A model generated the notes under the pieces. That model saw only the letters and a list, made by a program, of their open reading frames with translations. It had not been told where the DNA came from and searched no databases. A program made the position numbers and the translations under genes. This document shows positions 54,301-62,291 of a DNA stretch of 64,000 nucleotides, piece after piece (position 1 is the first letter of the stretch; every line of letters starts with the position of its first letter). Source of the stretch: Candidatus Cloacimonadota bacterium (GTDB lineage: Bacteria > Cloacimonadota > Cloacimonadia > Cloacimonadales > DAONDQ01); the NCBI GenBank assembly GCA_035402645.1, contig DAONDQ010000004.1, forward strand, positions 293 to 64,292, in the 5' to 3' direction.

Positions 54301-56685
54301 TTCATATACCTTATCCAGTGAAAGCAATCCTTCATACTCTGCATTCACCTTTATAACCCATTTCCATGCTTCCATGTAAGCGTACACTAATGCGGTCGCG
54401 CCAACAAATATAGCACCACCAATCAAAGGATTGAACTTAGCCATAGCTGCGGTATTAGCTTCGGTAGCTACTGCATTTTTAGTCTTGGCAATAGTATTAG
54501 CTTCCAATGCAAGAGTCTGTTGAGCCAATTCATAATTTACAATATTGACTCTAACTCGCCAACCAATATACAATGCAGAAAGGAACTCTAAGACTCGTCC
54601 GGCTGCTTCAATAGCACCAACGAAATCATTAACAGGCTTAATGCCTAATGTCTTAGAAATCTCGAGTCCTTTTAATCCATCATCTACATCACTGATGAAT
54701 CCCTTAATAATATTCAATGCGCCTTCACCTAAAGTCTGAACAAAGTAATTATGAACTTTGTTCATCTCCATTTGAAGTAACTTACCAGTTGATTCAATAG
54801 AGATGTGAGTAGCTTTAAAATACTGTGATTGCTTAGTGTTATACTGTTCAAGTATACTATCGAACTTTGCCATCTGATCGCCAGTAAGAGATATGATACC
54901 TTGTATGGGACGTATATCTCCAAACAATCTAGCAAGCCAAGGAGTACCTTTACCGGCTTTAGATGCTTCTTCATTTATCTGTCTAATAAGATTGGGCAAT
55001 CCCATAGCGGATATTGCAGCTTCGCCCGAATCATAACCAAGTTGCTTGAAATACTTACCGAGTTCCTCAGTTGGTTTCAGCATCTTCATCATGATATTTC
55101 TAATCTGTGTCATAGCAACATCGACCTTCTTACCTTGCAAGGTCATGATTGCCATCATAGCACCTAACTCGTCCTCTTTCACTCCGAGTTCTGCAGCAGT
55201 TACGGCTACGTTACCATAACTGTTAGCAATATCACTTGCTCTCAATCGACCAATTTCAATAGTCTTGAATAGTGATGCAGCCGAATCATTAGTTTGATCT
55301 GATGTCTTACCAAAAGCATTAAGTGAAGAAGATAAAAGATTAACGGCATCGGCAGTTGATGAAACAGTAGTACGTGCGAAGACCATACTGTCTGCCATAA
55401 ATCTAGTGGCATTAGCCCCGAAAGCTACTTGGTTTGAAATAGTCTGATAAATACCTTCGGCAACATCTGTCATGCTCATGCCATACACATCAGATAATCT
55501 TCTTATCTCAGCTTCCCAAGTTCCAAAAGGCAGTGGTGCTTCTTGTCCAATAGTACGTATTTCTGAAATCTTAACTTGCAGTGTAGCCATCTCTTTGAGT
55601 CCTGTTCGGGTGGCATTGATTATATCATACACTGCTTTATGAATTGATTGCGTAAGTAAGAAACGTCCCCAATATGCCCACTGTGCTCGCGCTCTAGCAA
55701 CGCCCTCTGTATGTGTAGCAAGTCCTGCATCTACTCGTTTCAAAGTGGTTGCTGAATCAACCATAGCCATCTGTGCGCCCTTAATCGCATCACGTTCTCT
55801 GTTAGTGGCAATAGTTTGTGCCGACAGTTTTGCGTTCTTAGCAGTAAAACCCCTACCAACAGTATCAGTAGCGACCTTCATCTCCATATACTGTTTGTTT
55901 AAGCCACCGACCGCAACTGCTTCACCCGCCCACTGACCTGCACCCGTTGATACTAAATTGTACTTAGTAGGTGTTGGCTTACCCATTACAGGTACAGTAC
56001 CCATAGTTACATTTCTAGCAGCCATATCAGCAGATAACTTGGCTTGGTAATCAAGTTGCATCTGAGCAAATTTAGCTTGACGAGCTATTTCTGCTGCTTC
56101 TGCTGCTTTCTGTTTCTCTGCCTTTATAGCTAAGAAGGAATTAAGTATAGCTAAATTACGACTCTGAAATGATTCTTCTTCTGAAAGTAACTGATTGTGC
56201 AATCGCTTAGCGTTTTCAAATCTATTTAACGCGGCAATCTTTTCAGCGTTAATCATCTCTTGCTCATTCAATGTGAATAATTTATCATATGGAGTAGCAG
56301 TTTCAGTTCCCTTAGGTCTAACCGCAGGTCCGGGTGATGATATTCCTGCACCACCTTTGGCAAGTGCGTCAATACTAGCATTTAGTTTTGCTACTTCTCT
56401 ATCTACAACCTTATTAAGACTTACAAACTTACCACCTATTCCGCGGAATCGGGTATCTAGAATCTTTTCGCCGTTAGCCAGTGTGCGTTCAAATACTTCT
56501 GCTTTTATATTAAATAACTTCTCAAAATCATCTGCTGCATACTTAACTTTCTCGCCTACTTTAGCAGTAGCATTACCAAACGCATCAAGTTCAAGTGTAA
56601 CCTTTGCTATTTTAGCAGAGAATCCACCATCCTCGAAGTCTATTGCTCCGATTGTATCATCATATACTGGCTTAAAGATATTCAT
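51376..56685 (-). CDS. tape measure protein
   Basis: 1769 aa, largely alpha-helical and coiled-coil, with central hydrophobic segments (LIGGAIFVGATALVYAYMEAW). It lies downstream of the G/GT chaperone. The N-terminus is MNIFKPVYDD. Confidence 0.85.
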   Translation of the reverse strand: MNIFKPVYDDTIGAIDFEDGGFSAKIAKVTLELDAFGNATAKVGEKVKYAADDFEKLFNIKAEVFERTLANGEKILDTRFRGIGGKFVSLNKVVDREVAKLNASIDALAKGGAGISSPGPAVRPKGTETATPYDKLFTLNEQEMINAEKIAALNRFENAKRLHNQLLSEEESFQSRNLAILNSFLAIKAEKQKAAEAAEIARQAKFAQMQLDYQAKLSADMAARNVTMGTVPVMGKPTPTKYNLVSTGAGQWAGEAVAVGGLNKQYMEMKVATDTVGRGFTAKNAKLSAQTIATNRERDAIKGAQMAMVDSATTLKRVDAGLATHTEGVARARAQWAYWGRFLLTQSIHKAVYDIINATRTGLKEMATLQVKISEIRTIGQEAPLPFGTWEAEIRRLSDVYGMSMTDVAEGIYQTISNQVAFGANATRFMADSMVFARTTVSSTADAVNLLSSSLNAFGKTSDQTNDSAASLFKTIEIGRLRASDIANSYGNVAVTAAELGVKEDELGAMMAIMTLQGKKVDVAMTQIRNIMMKMLKPTEELGKYFKQLGYDSGEAAISAMGLPNLIRQINEEASKAGKGTPWLARLFGDIRPIQGIISLTGDQMAKFDSILEQYNTKQSQYFKATHISIESTGKLLQMEMNKVHNYFVQTLGEGALNIIKGFISDVDDGLKGLEISKTLGIKPVNDFVGAIEAAGRVLEFLSALYIGWRVRVNIVNYELAQQTLALEANTIAKTKNAVATEANTAAMAKFNPLIGGAIFVGATALVYAYMEAWKWVIKVNAEYEGLLSLDKVYEKQLAERHAKTIAQIEERVNAFKKEAEASRQVMEQGVAVKIAGLNSEVDALNATISNNVKLITDYVSGSINSIAKLINFLDSRITETSNTIKSLTASIAGMQSGSSTLSYYTGLVDKIGVTNDAQIKLNRTYQRYLDLVKAGAKFANTQDLRVLGQGDLFKRKTTTATGSAVKGVDVNGDAFTKQKKFSKDTQNEITSYELAQINERKNALDTMYAAVKKGALSAFDRRDMTEFAKYWDELIALSDKYETIGKSTGEVIRDHGRLIDERVKKEQIVLAEKKKQLDMLEEERQRNQKAKDDLEEIKTKMGNISTSAKNMPKATEELAKLYKDAQKVIGEAGLSPELTLQLKTEFGKSFSGVQENKKLIETMNSVSDSQINEMDKLNAVIMNQLKSMQKLQEKQDMIKFIEAQRDVLKEQEKALQSKADKEASKMLVPQQKGVDASSQLFKLLPKVMGESFNLSRQAMFDELFNVLKTTLPEAEAKRVATEKTNALWTEDLAKPIAEAFNGFPKLFETMNEDINKISAEQIRAAIKQVDIVTAGTKTDKGGLPTELQNNLFEMKRVLVTTMKSREESEKATESFNKLNVELKNVTEGMKGFNETLKNPVKLTEMKTRTTTFENTVNKTFQNNVPGLDFSKLFDEALSKNAPVVPPTVNAPTPEQAKKIVESKPVAKTTAETKLDTERYKEFTDAINALNGRIFELIKQRIDINKSTTLTPEEKKAKIVEIDTRKSAAYAAKAGMEDQIKKYAPVPTTVTPIAKSPEAVKTVLDNVQDPLANPADWIATPLNEIVNQIMIANAKTDQTNKDLDKLANPPRQAAEDLTSFKGVKPGNWKYNMFGTKGMQGMGGLADMGGDTFGDMSAVGDTYAKLREASIKQMNSQAYRTDWEANRGIQNWQGGISKENQKNNAPNVFDVTVTMGGETLAVKTAQVIEKGASRGQNNVSVNGQGINGATRDQPYYNVRNLNTGSRPYAR

Positions 56686-57267
56686 TTACGCACTCCTGTA
56701 TGACATCTTATAATATTTGTTTAGTTTAGGAATATACTTTTTCTTATTAGCTTGGATATAAGCACTGAACGCTTTACGCCCTATATCCATACTGCGCCAC
56801 TTATTTTCCCAATACAGATAATGTCTTACAGAGGGGAAAAATAGAAAACTTATTTTTGATCCAATAATCTGAAACATAAACAATCCTCTCTCTGCACCGG
56901 CTTCGGGAGTCCTAATGTATGTTCCCCTAATTCCTGGAAACATTGAACCTTTCCTCCAATACTTAGCCTTATCAGCATCTTTTCTAGTTCTCTGAATAGC
57001 ACCACTGACATTGATTGAAGCAGGAGAATCTTTTAATCCTAAATATTCGTTTGCATCAGAAACTCCACCTTCGAAAGTCTCGACTTTTCCTAGGAAAGTT
57101 GACCTAGCCATTCCAGTATCAACATGAACTCGGTTAGAAGCAGCTAGAGCAAACGCCCTAGCTGCTTTCTTTGTTAATTCCTTCAAGCCATTCATATAGT
57201 CAGATGTGAATTTTTCCTTATCGAAGGAAATTGTCTTAAATCTAACTTTGAACTTTACAGATGGCAT
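56686..57267 (-). CDS. HK97 gp10-like tail/neck component
   Basis: The start is moved to the ATG at 57267 (MPSVKFKV). The motif VHVDTGMARSTF resembles the vDTGnLrnS signature of the HK97 gp10 family. Its position between the chaperone and the TMP is atypical. Confidence 0.4.
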   Translation of the reverse strand: MPSVKFKVRFKTISFDKEKFTSDYMNGLKELTKKAARAFALAASNRVHVDTGMARSTFLGKVETFEGGVSDANEYLGLKDSPASINVSGAIQRTRKDADKAKYWRKGSMFPGIRGTYIRTPEAGAERGLFMFQIIGSKISFLFFPSVRHYLYWENKWRSMDIGRKAFSAYIQANKKKYIPKLNKYYKMSYRSA

Positions 57268-57886
57268 GATTCTTCGTATTCCCTTATGTTCTCGTAAGCA
57301 ATGTATTTTGCTTGAGACCAACAATCCAATTCATAGAAGTCCTTGGGTTGAATATGCCATCTTTCACAGATGCGCCAAATAACATATTCACCAGTTCGAC
57401 CACTTGGGTAAAGAGGACTTAGACCTTTACCTGTTGCGTAGCTAAAAAACGTTTCTTAGCCTCTTCAACTTTCTGATCGTCCAATCCGTTGGCTTCAAGT
57501 ACACCATTGATTAAACGTCCTATTTCGATATCGCTCAGCCCTGCGTTCTTCAATTCGGTTTCGTAGTTGAGCCAAGTCGATGAATCGTCAATCTTAACTG
57601 TTTCCCATTCTAGGTTCTCAGTGGCTGACAGTGATTGGATAATCATGTAAGCCGTTCTCTTACGGGTGAAATCTCCAAGTTTCGTAAGATACTTTTCATC
57701 ATTGAGAACTGCTACTGCATCTTCGCCGGGTTTCTGCATCATAGGTGGCTTAGGTACAGGACACAGTGCGTTAAAAGTTTCAAAATTAAGAACTGCTTTA
57801 GCTTTGAAATAGATATCACCGCTTGCGCGTATGACAGGAATCACTACTTCGCTCGGACCATCAATCTTCTTACCATTAACTTTCAT
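57255..57886 (-). CDS. tail assembly chaperone G-T fusion made by a programmed -1 frameshift
   Basis: The slippery heptamer T_TTT_TTA lies at 57449-57443 on the minus strand, 8 codons before the G stop. The -1 frame is open for 62 codons (SYATGKGLSPLYPSGRTGEYVIWRICERWHIQPKDFYELDCW...) through the apparent intergenic gap, to a TAA at 57257-57255. Confidence 0.65.
57419..57886 (-). CDS. tail assembly chaperone (gpG analogue)
   Basis: 155 aa between the tail tube and TMP genes. It carries the slippery site near its 3' end. Confidence 0.65.
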   Translation of the reverse strand: MKVNGKKIDGPSEVVIPVIRASGDIYFKAKAVLNFETFNALCPVPKPPMMQKPGEDAVAVLNDEKYLTKLGDFTRKRTAYMIIQSLSATENLEWETVKIDDSSTWLNYETELKNAGLSDIEIGRLINGVLEANGLDDQKVEEAKKRFLATQQVKV

Positions 57887-57919
57887 CTCGATACCCTCCG
57901 CAATTTATTGTTAGGAAAG

Positions 57920-57951
57920 GTGGCGGAATGATTTTGCAATCACTCCGCCAC
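57920..57951 (-). terminator. strong hairpin after the tail tube gene (attenuator/stabiliser)
   Basis: GTGGCGGAATGATT-TTGC-AATCACTCCGCCAC forms 13 of 14 base pairs. It has no clear U-tract and belongs to the same TGATT-N4-AATCA family. Confidence 0.5.
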
Positions 57952-57962
57952 TTGTTGCATTG

Positions 57963-58469
57963 TTACGTTGTTGATGTGACGCGAGTTATCGTCGCTTCCG
58001 TGATGTTGCACTTGCCGGTAACTGAAATCTGACCTGCTTTAAGGTCATAGTTCAGTTCCTCATAACGGAAGTCAGAAAGAAGAATAACTTCTTTCTTTGA
58101 GCCGTCAGCGCAATCCGGATCGATAACGATTTCCAAATCAAGCGAATAGGGTTCGCAAGGATCGGAAGAAGCCGTTACCCATGCCGAAGCATTACCACGT
58201 TTCTTGAGAACATCCACCGGTGTCGGAGGAAGCCCTGTGTCGGCTTTCAGCCACTCCCACAGGAAATCAAGAGTTACATCAACTGGAACCTGATCACCAT
58301 CGCGAACTGTGTCAAGGAGTCCCTTGTCCAGTTCGTAGGTCCTCGGTTTTGATTCCTTGAAGGTGATATTTCCGTCACCGATCTTCACAAGAAGAACGTT
58401 AGGTGTCGGAGTAGTACCATCCTTGAAGGCAATCGTTGATTTTTTAATATCAACTTTCATTTCAATCAC
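57963..58469 (-). CDS. major tail tube protein
   Basis: 168 aa, immediately upstream of the chaperone/TMP genes and followed by a strong hairpin. The pattern IGDGNITFKESKPRTYELDKGLLDTVRDGDQVPVDV is typical of siphovirus tube proteins. Confidence 0.55.
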   Translation of the reverse strand: MIEMKVDIKKSTIAFKDGTTPTPNVLLVKIGDGNITFKESKPRTYELDKGLLDTVRDGDQVPVDVTLDFLWEWLKADTGLPPTPVDVLKKRGNASAWVTASSDPCEPYSLDLEIVIDPDCADGSKKEVILLSDFRYEELNYDLKAGQISVTGKCNITEATITRVTSTT

Positions 58470-58933
58470 TCCTCGTTAATTGTGAGTTCCATTGAATAGC
58501 GACCTTGTACTTCGGAAGTATTCACATCTATTGAAGGTGCTTGCCGTCCAAACCTGTTGGTCTCGACAATTCCCTGCAAGGATATGCATCCCACTAATAC
58601 ATTACGATCGTCTCCAATTTCGTCACCGAATTTATAAATACGAATCGACGATTCAAACATCTTTGCCACAAGACCGCAAGTCTTAATTTCACGATATGCA
58701 TCTTTGTCATTATACAAAGATTGAACAAGTACGTTAATGACGATATCATAGCCGTAATAGTTTTTAGCGATGTCGCGTCTATCCGGACCATTCATTCGCA
58801 ATTCAAAATAGTCTTGCGACTTATTCGTATTGCGCTTCTGACCTTCAAGATACATCACAAGTGAACCTTTACGGTCACTGAAATGCTTGGCAACGGACGC
58901 CAAAATCCATTTAGGCATTGATTCCAACATCAT
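58466..58933 (-). CDS. neck / tail terminator candidate
   Basis: 155 aa with a 4-nt overlap with the tube gene. The call is by position only. Confidence 0.4.
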   Translation of the reverse strand: MMLESMPKWILASVAKHFSDRKGSLVMYLEGQKRNTNKSQDYFELRMNGPDRRDIAKNYYGYDIVINVLVQSLYNDKDAYREIKTCGLVAKMFESSIRIYKFGDEIGDDRNVLVGCISLQGIVETNRFGRQAPSIDVNTSEVQGRYSMELTINEE

Positions 58934-59393
58934 TAAGTCCTGCGTTTTGTGTTAAAGATTGAGAAATCACGTTATCAGCTTCTGTGCCTTTCACGTTTAC
59001 TATCGTAACAAGCCACAGAGTCGTATTCTCATAGTTCTCGCAGTTGGCGATAGTATACCGCTTTCCATTGATTACTACTCGATCATTTGCGTCGAATTCG
59101 CCACGCCAATCCTTAGGGAAGTTCTTCTGTTCAACCATCAGTAGTCGGGTATTGGTATCGTAGTATCCGCCATAGGCGAATTGACCATTAAATACCTTTA
59201 GTACCCTATCCATTTTGATTGGTAGGAGAACTGCCTTCTTGACCTTTGTGTCGGCATAGACGTTGGTCATCTTGCCAGTTTCGACATTGATTGTCTCACT
59301 GGCAAGATGAAGCCAATTTACTACTACTGCGTGGTTTTTACGCAGGTCGTAGTATGATTTACGAATCATGTGTTTGTTATAACAGGTAATCAT
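58911..59393 (-). CDS. head closure / head-tail joining protein candidate
   Basis: 160 aa directly after the capsid gene. The C-terminal DRVVINGKRYTIANCENYENTTLWLV resembles the head-tail joining family ending. Confidence 0.45.
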   Translation of the reverse strand: MITCYNKHMIRKSYYDLRKNHAVVVNWLHLASETINVETGKMTNVYADTKVKKAVLLPIKMDRVLKVFNGQFAYGGYYDTNTRLLMVEQKNFPKDWRGEFDANDRVVINGKRYTIANCENYENTTLWLVTIVNVKGTEADNVISQSLTQNAGLNDVGINA

Positions 59394-59395
59394 GA

Positions 59396-60793
59396 TTAAG
59401 CAAGCAGTACTGCTCCCTGTGCTGCATCGAGAACCGCGACACCCATCAGCATGTCGACCGTTACAAGATGTCCCTGTTTCACGCCATCATAAGTGATGGT
59501 AACGCGCAGTGAAAGTCCGTTATCTTCCTGTACGGAAGCAACCGCGAGGTTACCCATAGGAAGAGCGAGAGGACGATTCACGAGAGCGAGTGCATCACGT
59601 GTGAACGCGAAGTTGTAAGAACCGCCAGGTCCGACTCCGAGGATTGCGTCATCAGCGAGCGCACCTGCAAGAGGACGGTTGAGCAGAACATCAGCTTCAG
59701 TACCAGTGTTGTTAGATATTTCCATGATGGTGTATATCTCACCGGCTGCCGAGCGAAGTATCTGTCCGATCTGCGGAGAAGATGTGAATCCATCAATATG
59801 GATTTCCTTCACATATCCGTCTGCATAGCCTGCGCCAAGGTCAACGCGAACAGGTGTGTAGATGACAATGTCAGCATTGTCGACCACTGCATCACGAAGT
59901 CCGGAAACAAGCACGATCTGAGTCGGTGTTGCGCCACCAACAGTGCTCGATACAACGTAAGGATACATTGATCCTTCAATCGTAAGGAACGAACCTGCAA
60001 GTATTGCAGCACTGAAACCGTCGACCACAAGTGTGGTAGAACCGATTGCGTAACCGCTTGCGTTGTTGATTTCACCGCCGAGAACTCTCTGCGTCAGACC
60101 AGTCTGAACGTAAGGTGTGTTCTGTCCCATGAAGAAATCAAATCCCAGCTTGCGCCCGAGAGATGCTTCACGAAGAGCAGTACCTTGATCGCCAACCTTG
60201 TCAGCAGCAGTAAAGAGTTCGAGACCGAGAAGCGTGGCTTCCGTTGCGGTCGTGGTAAGGAAATTCCTTCCCATAAGAGGAACTTTGTTGTCGTTCATCT
60301 TCTTTCTGATTGAAAGAATGTTGGAAACGGAATTGTTACCAGTGAGTCCGTCAAGGTTACCGGCGTTGTTTGCTATGAACTGAGGGATAAATCCCGCAAT
60401 AGCCTTGTCTGCACCGGAAGCGATACTCTGAATCGCAGGGCGCAGGAAGTAAGCAACGAGGTCCTTGAAAGCCATCGTCATCTGAGAATCACGGATAAGG
60501 AACGTGGTGTGAAGGTGCTGATTCAGAGCGACAGGCTGAGTGGTCGCATTGGCGTTCTGAACAGTAACGTCATCATTTGTTCCCTTACGTTTCGCGGTGA
60601 AAGCTGCGGGCTTGTCAATATTCACTACCTGTCCGTAATCTGCGATTTCGTTCTTGTAGTTACGATTGACAAGGTTACCGAGCACCATATTTTCCTGCAG
60701 AAGAACAAGACCTTCGAGTGCCCACTTCTCGGGAATCAGAGCATCGACGGAGTTGTCATAAACAGGACGAAAAATCTTCAAAAACTTTTTCAT
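59396..60793 (-). CDS. major capsid protein
   Basis: 465 aa with a 4-nt overlap with the scaffold gene stop and a strong SD (AAGGAGAAAGG). It is followed by the neck and tail genes. The N-terminus is MKKFLKIFRPVYDN. Confidence 0.7.
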   Translation of the reverse strand: MKKFLKIFRPVYDNSVDALIPEKWALEGLVLLQENMVLGNLVNRNYKNEIADYGQVVNIDKPAAFTAKRKGTNDDVTVQNANATTQPVALNQHLHTTFLIRDSQMTMAFKDLVAYFLRPAIQSIASGADKAIAGFIPQFIANNAGNLDGLTGNNSVSNILSIRKKMNDNKVPLMGRNFLTTTATEATLLGLELFTAADKVGDQGTALREASLGRKLGFDFFMGQNTPYVQTGLTQRVLGGEINNASGYAIGSTTLVVDGFSAAILAGSFLTIEGSMYPYVVSSTVGGATPTQIVLVSGLRDAVVDNADIVIYTPVRVDLGAGYADGYVKEIHIDGFTSSPQIGQILRSAAGEIYTIMEISNNTGTEADVLLNRPLAGALADDAILGVGPGGSYNFAFTRDALALVNRPLALPMGNLAVASVQEDNGLSLRVTITYDGVKQGHLVTVDMLMGVAVLDAAQGAVLLA

Positions 60794-61587
60794 AATTCGC
60801 CTTTCTCCTTCATTTTCTTTCTATGTTCTTTGTATTCGGTCGGCGTCATCTTGGAGAAATCAACTGGCTTCCCGCCTTTTCCGTTATTTCCTCCCATACC
60901 TTCCGATACACCGTTTTTAAACAAATTTCCATAGACATTGGAAAGTTCCTTCATTCTCTTCACTACCTCGTTAGAGGGAAGTTCAAGCTGAATTGGCTTT
61001 CCACTCTTGGAATCGACGTCATTGAATTTGACGACTACATCGTAATTGCCGGATGGCTTTCCCGATTCGTCCATCATTTCAACAACACGCGCATTAGGAG
61101 ATAGTATAGCTACAACCTGTTGCGGGGCAAATGCCTCATTAGTCATGGCTGCATCCATGAGATTTCTAATGATTGTCGAATCTTCAAAACGCTTCTGCCA
61201 AGTCTTAGAAAGGCTAAGGGCGTCATCACGTTCCTTAGTCAATTTCTCTTCGAGCTTCTTGCGCTCTCTATTGGCAATTTCCTCTTTGGACATCGTTGCC
61301 TTGCGAAGTTCTTCCAACTGCTTCTCGTACTCTTCCTTCTCAGAAGCGGTCATCGTTACTTTCGTCTTGGCTTCTTCAAGCTGCTGAATCAATTTTGCTT
61401 TCGCATCTTTGTCAGCTGCTCTTTCTCTTGCTACGATGGCATTGAGTTCTTCCTGTGTAAACGTCTTACCTTTTGCTTTCTCGGCTGCATCGGCTGCTGC
61501 TTTGTCAGCTGCTGCTTTTGCTGCTGCATCGGCATTAGGATCGTCGTACACTGGTTTGAAAACCCGATTCCACAATCTCGTCTTCAT
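60790..61587 (-). CDS. scaffolding protein
   Basis: Ala/Lys/Glu-rich coiled coil immediately upstream of the capsid gene. The start is moved to the ATG at 61587 (MKTRLWNRVFKPVYDD), which is preceded by GAAGGAG. Confidence 0.6.
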   Translation of the reverse strand: MKTRLWNRVFKPVYDDPNADAAAKAAADKAAADAAEKAKGKTFTQEELNAIVARERAADKDAKAKLIQQLEEAKTKVTMTASEKEEYEKQLEELRKATMSKEEIANRERKKLEEKLTKERDDALSLSKTWQKRFEDSTIIRNLMDAAMTNEAFAPQQVVAILSPNARVVEMMDESGKPSGNYDVVVKFNDVDSKSGKPIQLELPSNEVVKRMKELSNVYGNLFKNGVSEGMGGNNGKGGKPVDFSKMTPTEYKEHRKKMKEKGEL

Positions 61588-61615
61588 AATACTCCTTCTA
61601 CGCACCCTTCGTCTA

Positions 61616-62062
61616 TTACGTTGCCCTAGTGATGTTCAGTTCGCGACTATCACGAAGGTACGGTGCAAGCAGATGCCAAGCCGTAGGGCTAGGAATTCCT
61701 GCTAACACATAGTCTTGAACTACGCGAGCATCATAGGTGTTTTGAATCGAAGATATGCCATTACTATTAATGCGCGTATTTTCGATTTCCATATCTGCAT
61801 CAACGTCGTCTAATAGTCGCAACGCCAATTCGCACGTTGCTTCCTTAATCGCCGTTGGTACATTCTCGTCATCTCCACGCGGAAACTGCAATTCTTGATC
61901 CGGATCTGCCTTATCACCAATGAAGTTGAGTTTATCGATGGCGCGTGTAGCCATGATAAGTGCTTTCAACTTATCGGTGTCAGATGCATCATCCCAAGCA
62001 TCTGTGTGCAATCGTTCTGAGAAGTATGCTTGAGCATCTACAACTGTTATATAAGGCGTCAT
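61616..62062 (-). CDS. head-tail connector/adaptor (gp6-like)
   Basis: YITVVDAQAYFSERLHTDAWDDASDTDKLKALIMATRAIDKLNFIG matches the usual N-terminal pattern of this adaptor family. Confidence 0.5.
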   Translation of the reverse strand: MTPYITVVDAQAYFSERLHTDAWDDASDTDKLKALIMATRAIDKLNFIGDKADPDQELQFPRGDDENVPTAIKEATCELALRLLDDVDADMEIENTRINSNGISSIQNTYDARVVQDYVLAGIPSPTAWHLLAPYLRDSRELNITRAT

Positions 62063-62064
62063 GA

Positions 62065-62235
62065 TTATCTATGCCTCCTACGTCCTGCTGCAGCCCATTT
62101 AGCCATACGTTTTGCTCCGTATTTCTTTCTGCCAATCCAAGCTGCAAGTGCTTTTGGATTCTTAACTCCTTTACGAGATAGTTTGCGCGTTAGCGCTTTG
62201 AACCTACCTCCCGATCCTAGTCTTGCTTTAGCCAT
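62065..62235 (-). CDS. highly basic 56-aa protein (below the ORF-track cutoff)
   Basis: MAKARLGSGGRFKALTRKLSRKGVKNPKALAAWIGRKKYGAKRMAKWAAAGRRRHR. The stop is 2 nt before the connector gene start. Confidence 0.5.
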   Translation of the reverse strand: MAKARLGSGGRFKALTRKLSRKGVKNPKALAAWIGRKKYGAKRMAKWAAAGRRRHR

Positions 62236-62291
62236 TTGTTACCTTTTGCGTTTGCCACGCCCTTTTGATTTGCAAGCCATTGCAGTTCTCC

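Noticed and set aside
51376-56713. Plus-strand ORFs antisense to the tape measure and other large minus-strand genes. Examples are 56195-56713, 52190-52642, 61120-61629, 9155-9508 and 32661-32951.
   Set aside because: These are shadow frames of strongly supported genes. They have low-complexity, Ser/Leu/Phe-rich translations and no SD sequences.
62236-62241. Stop-codon reassignment suggested by the in-frame TAA between two basic ORFs.
   Set aside because: TAA, TGA and TAG all terminate well-supported genes throughout the window, and the long ORFs are uninterrupted. There is no evidence for recoding.
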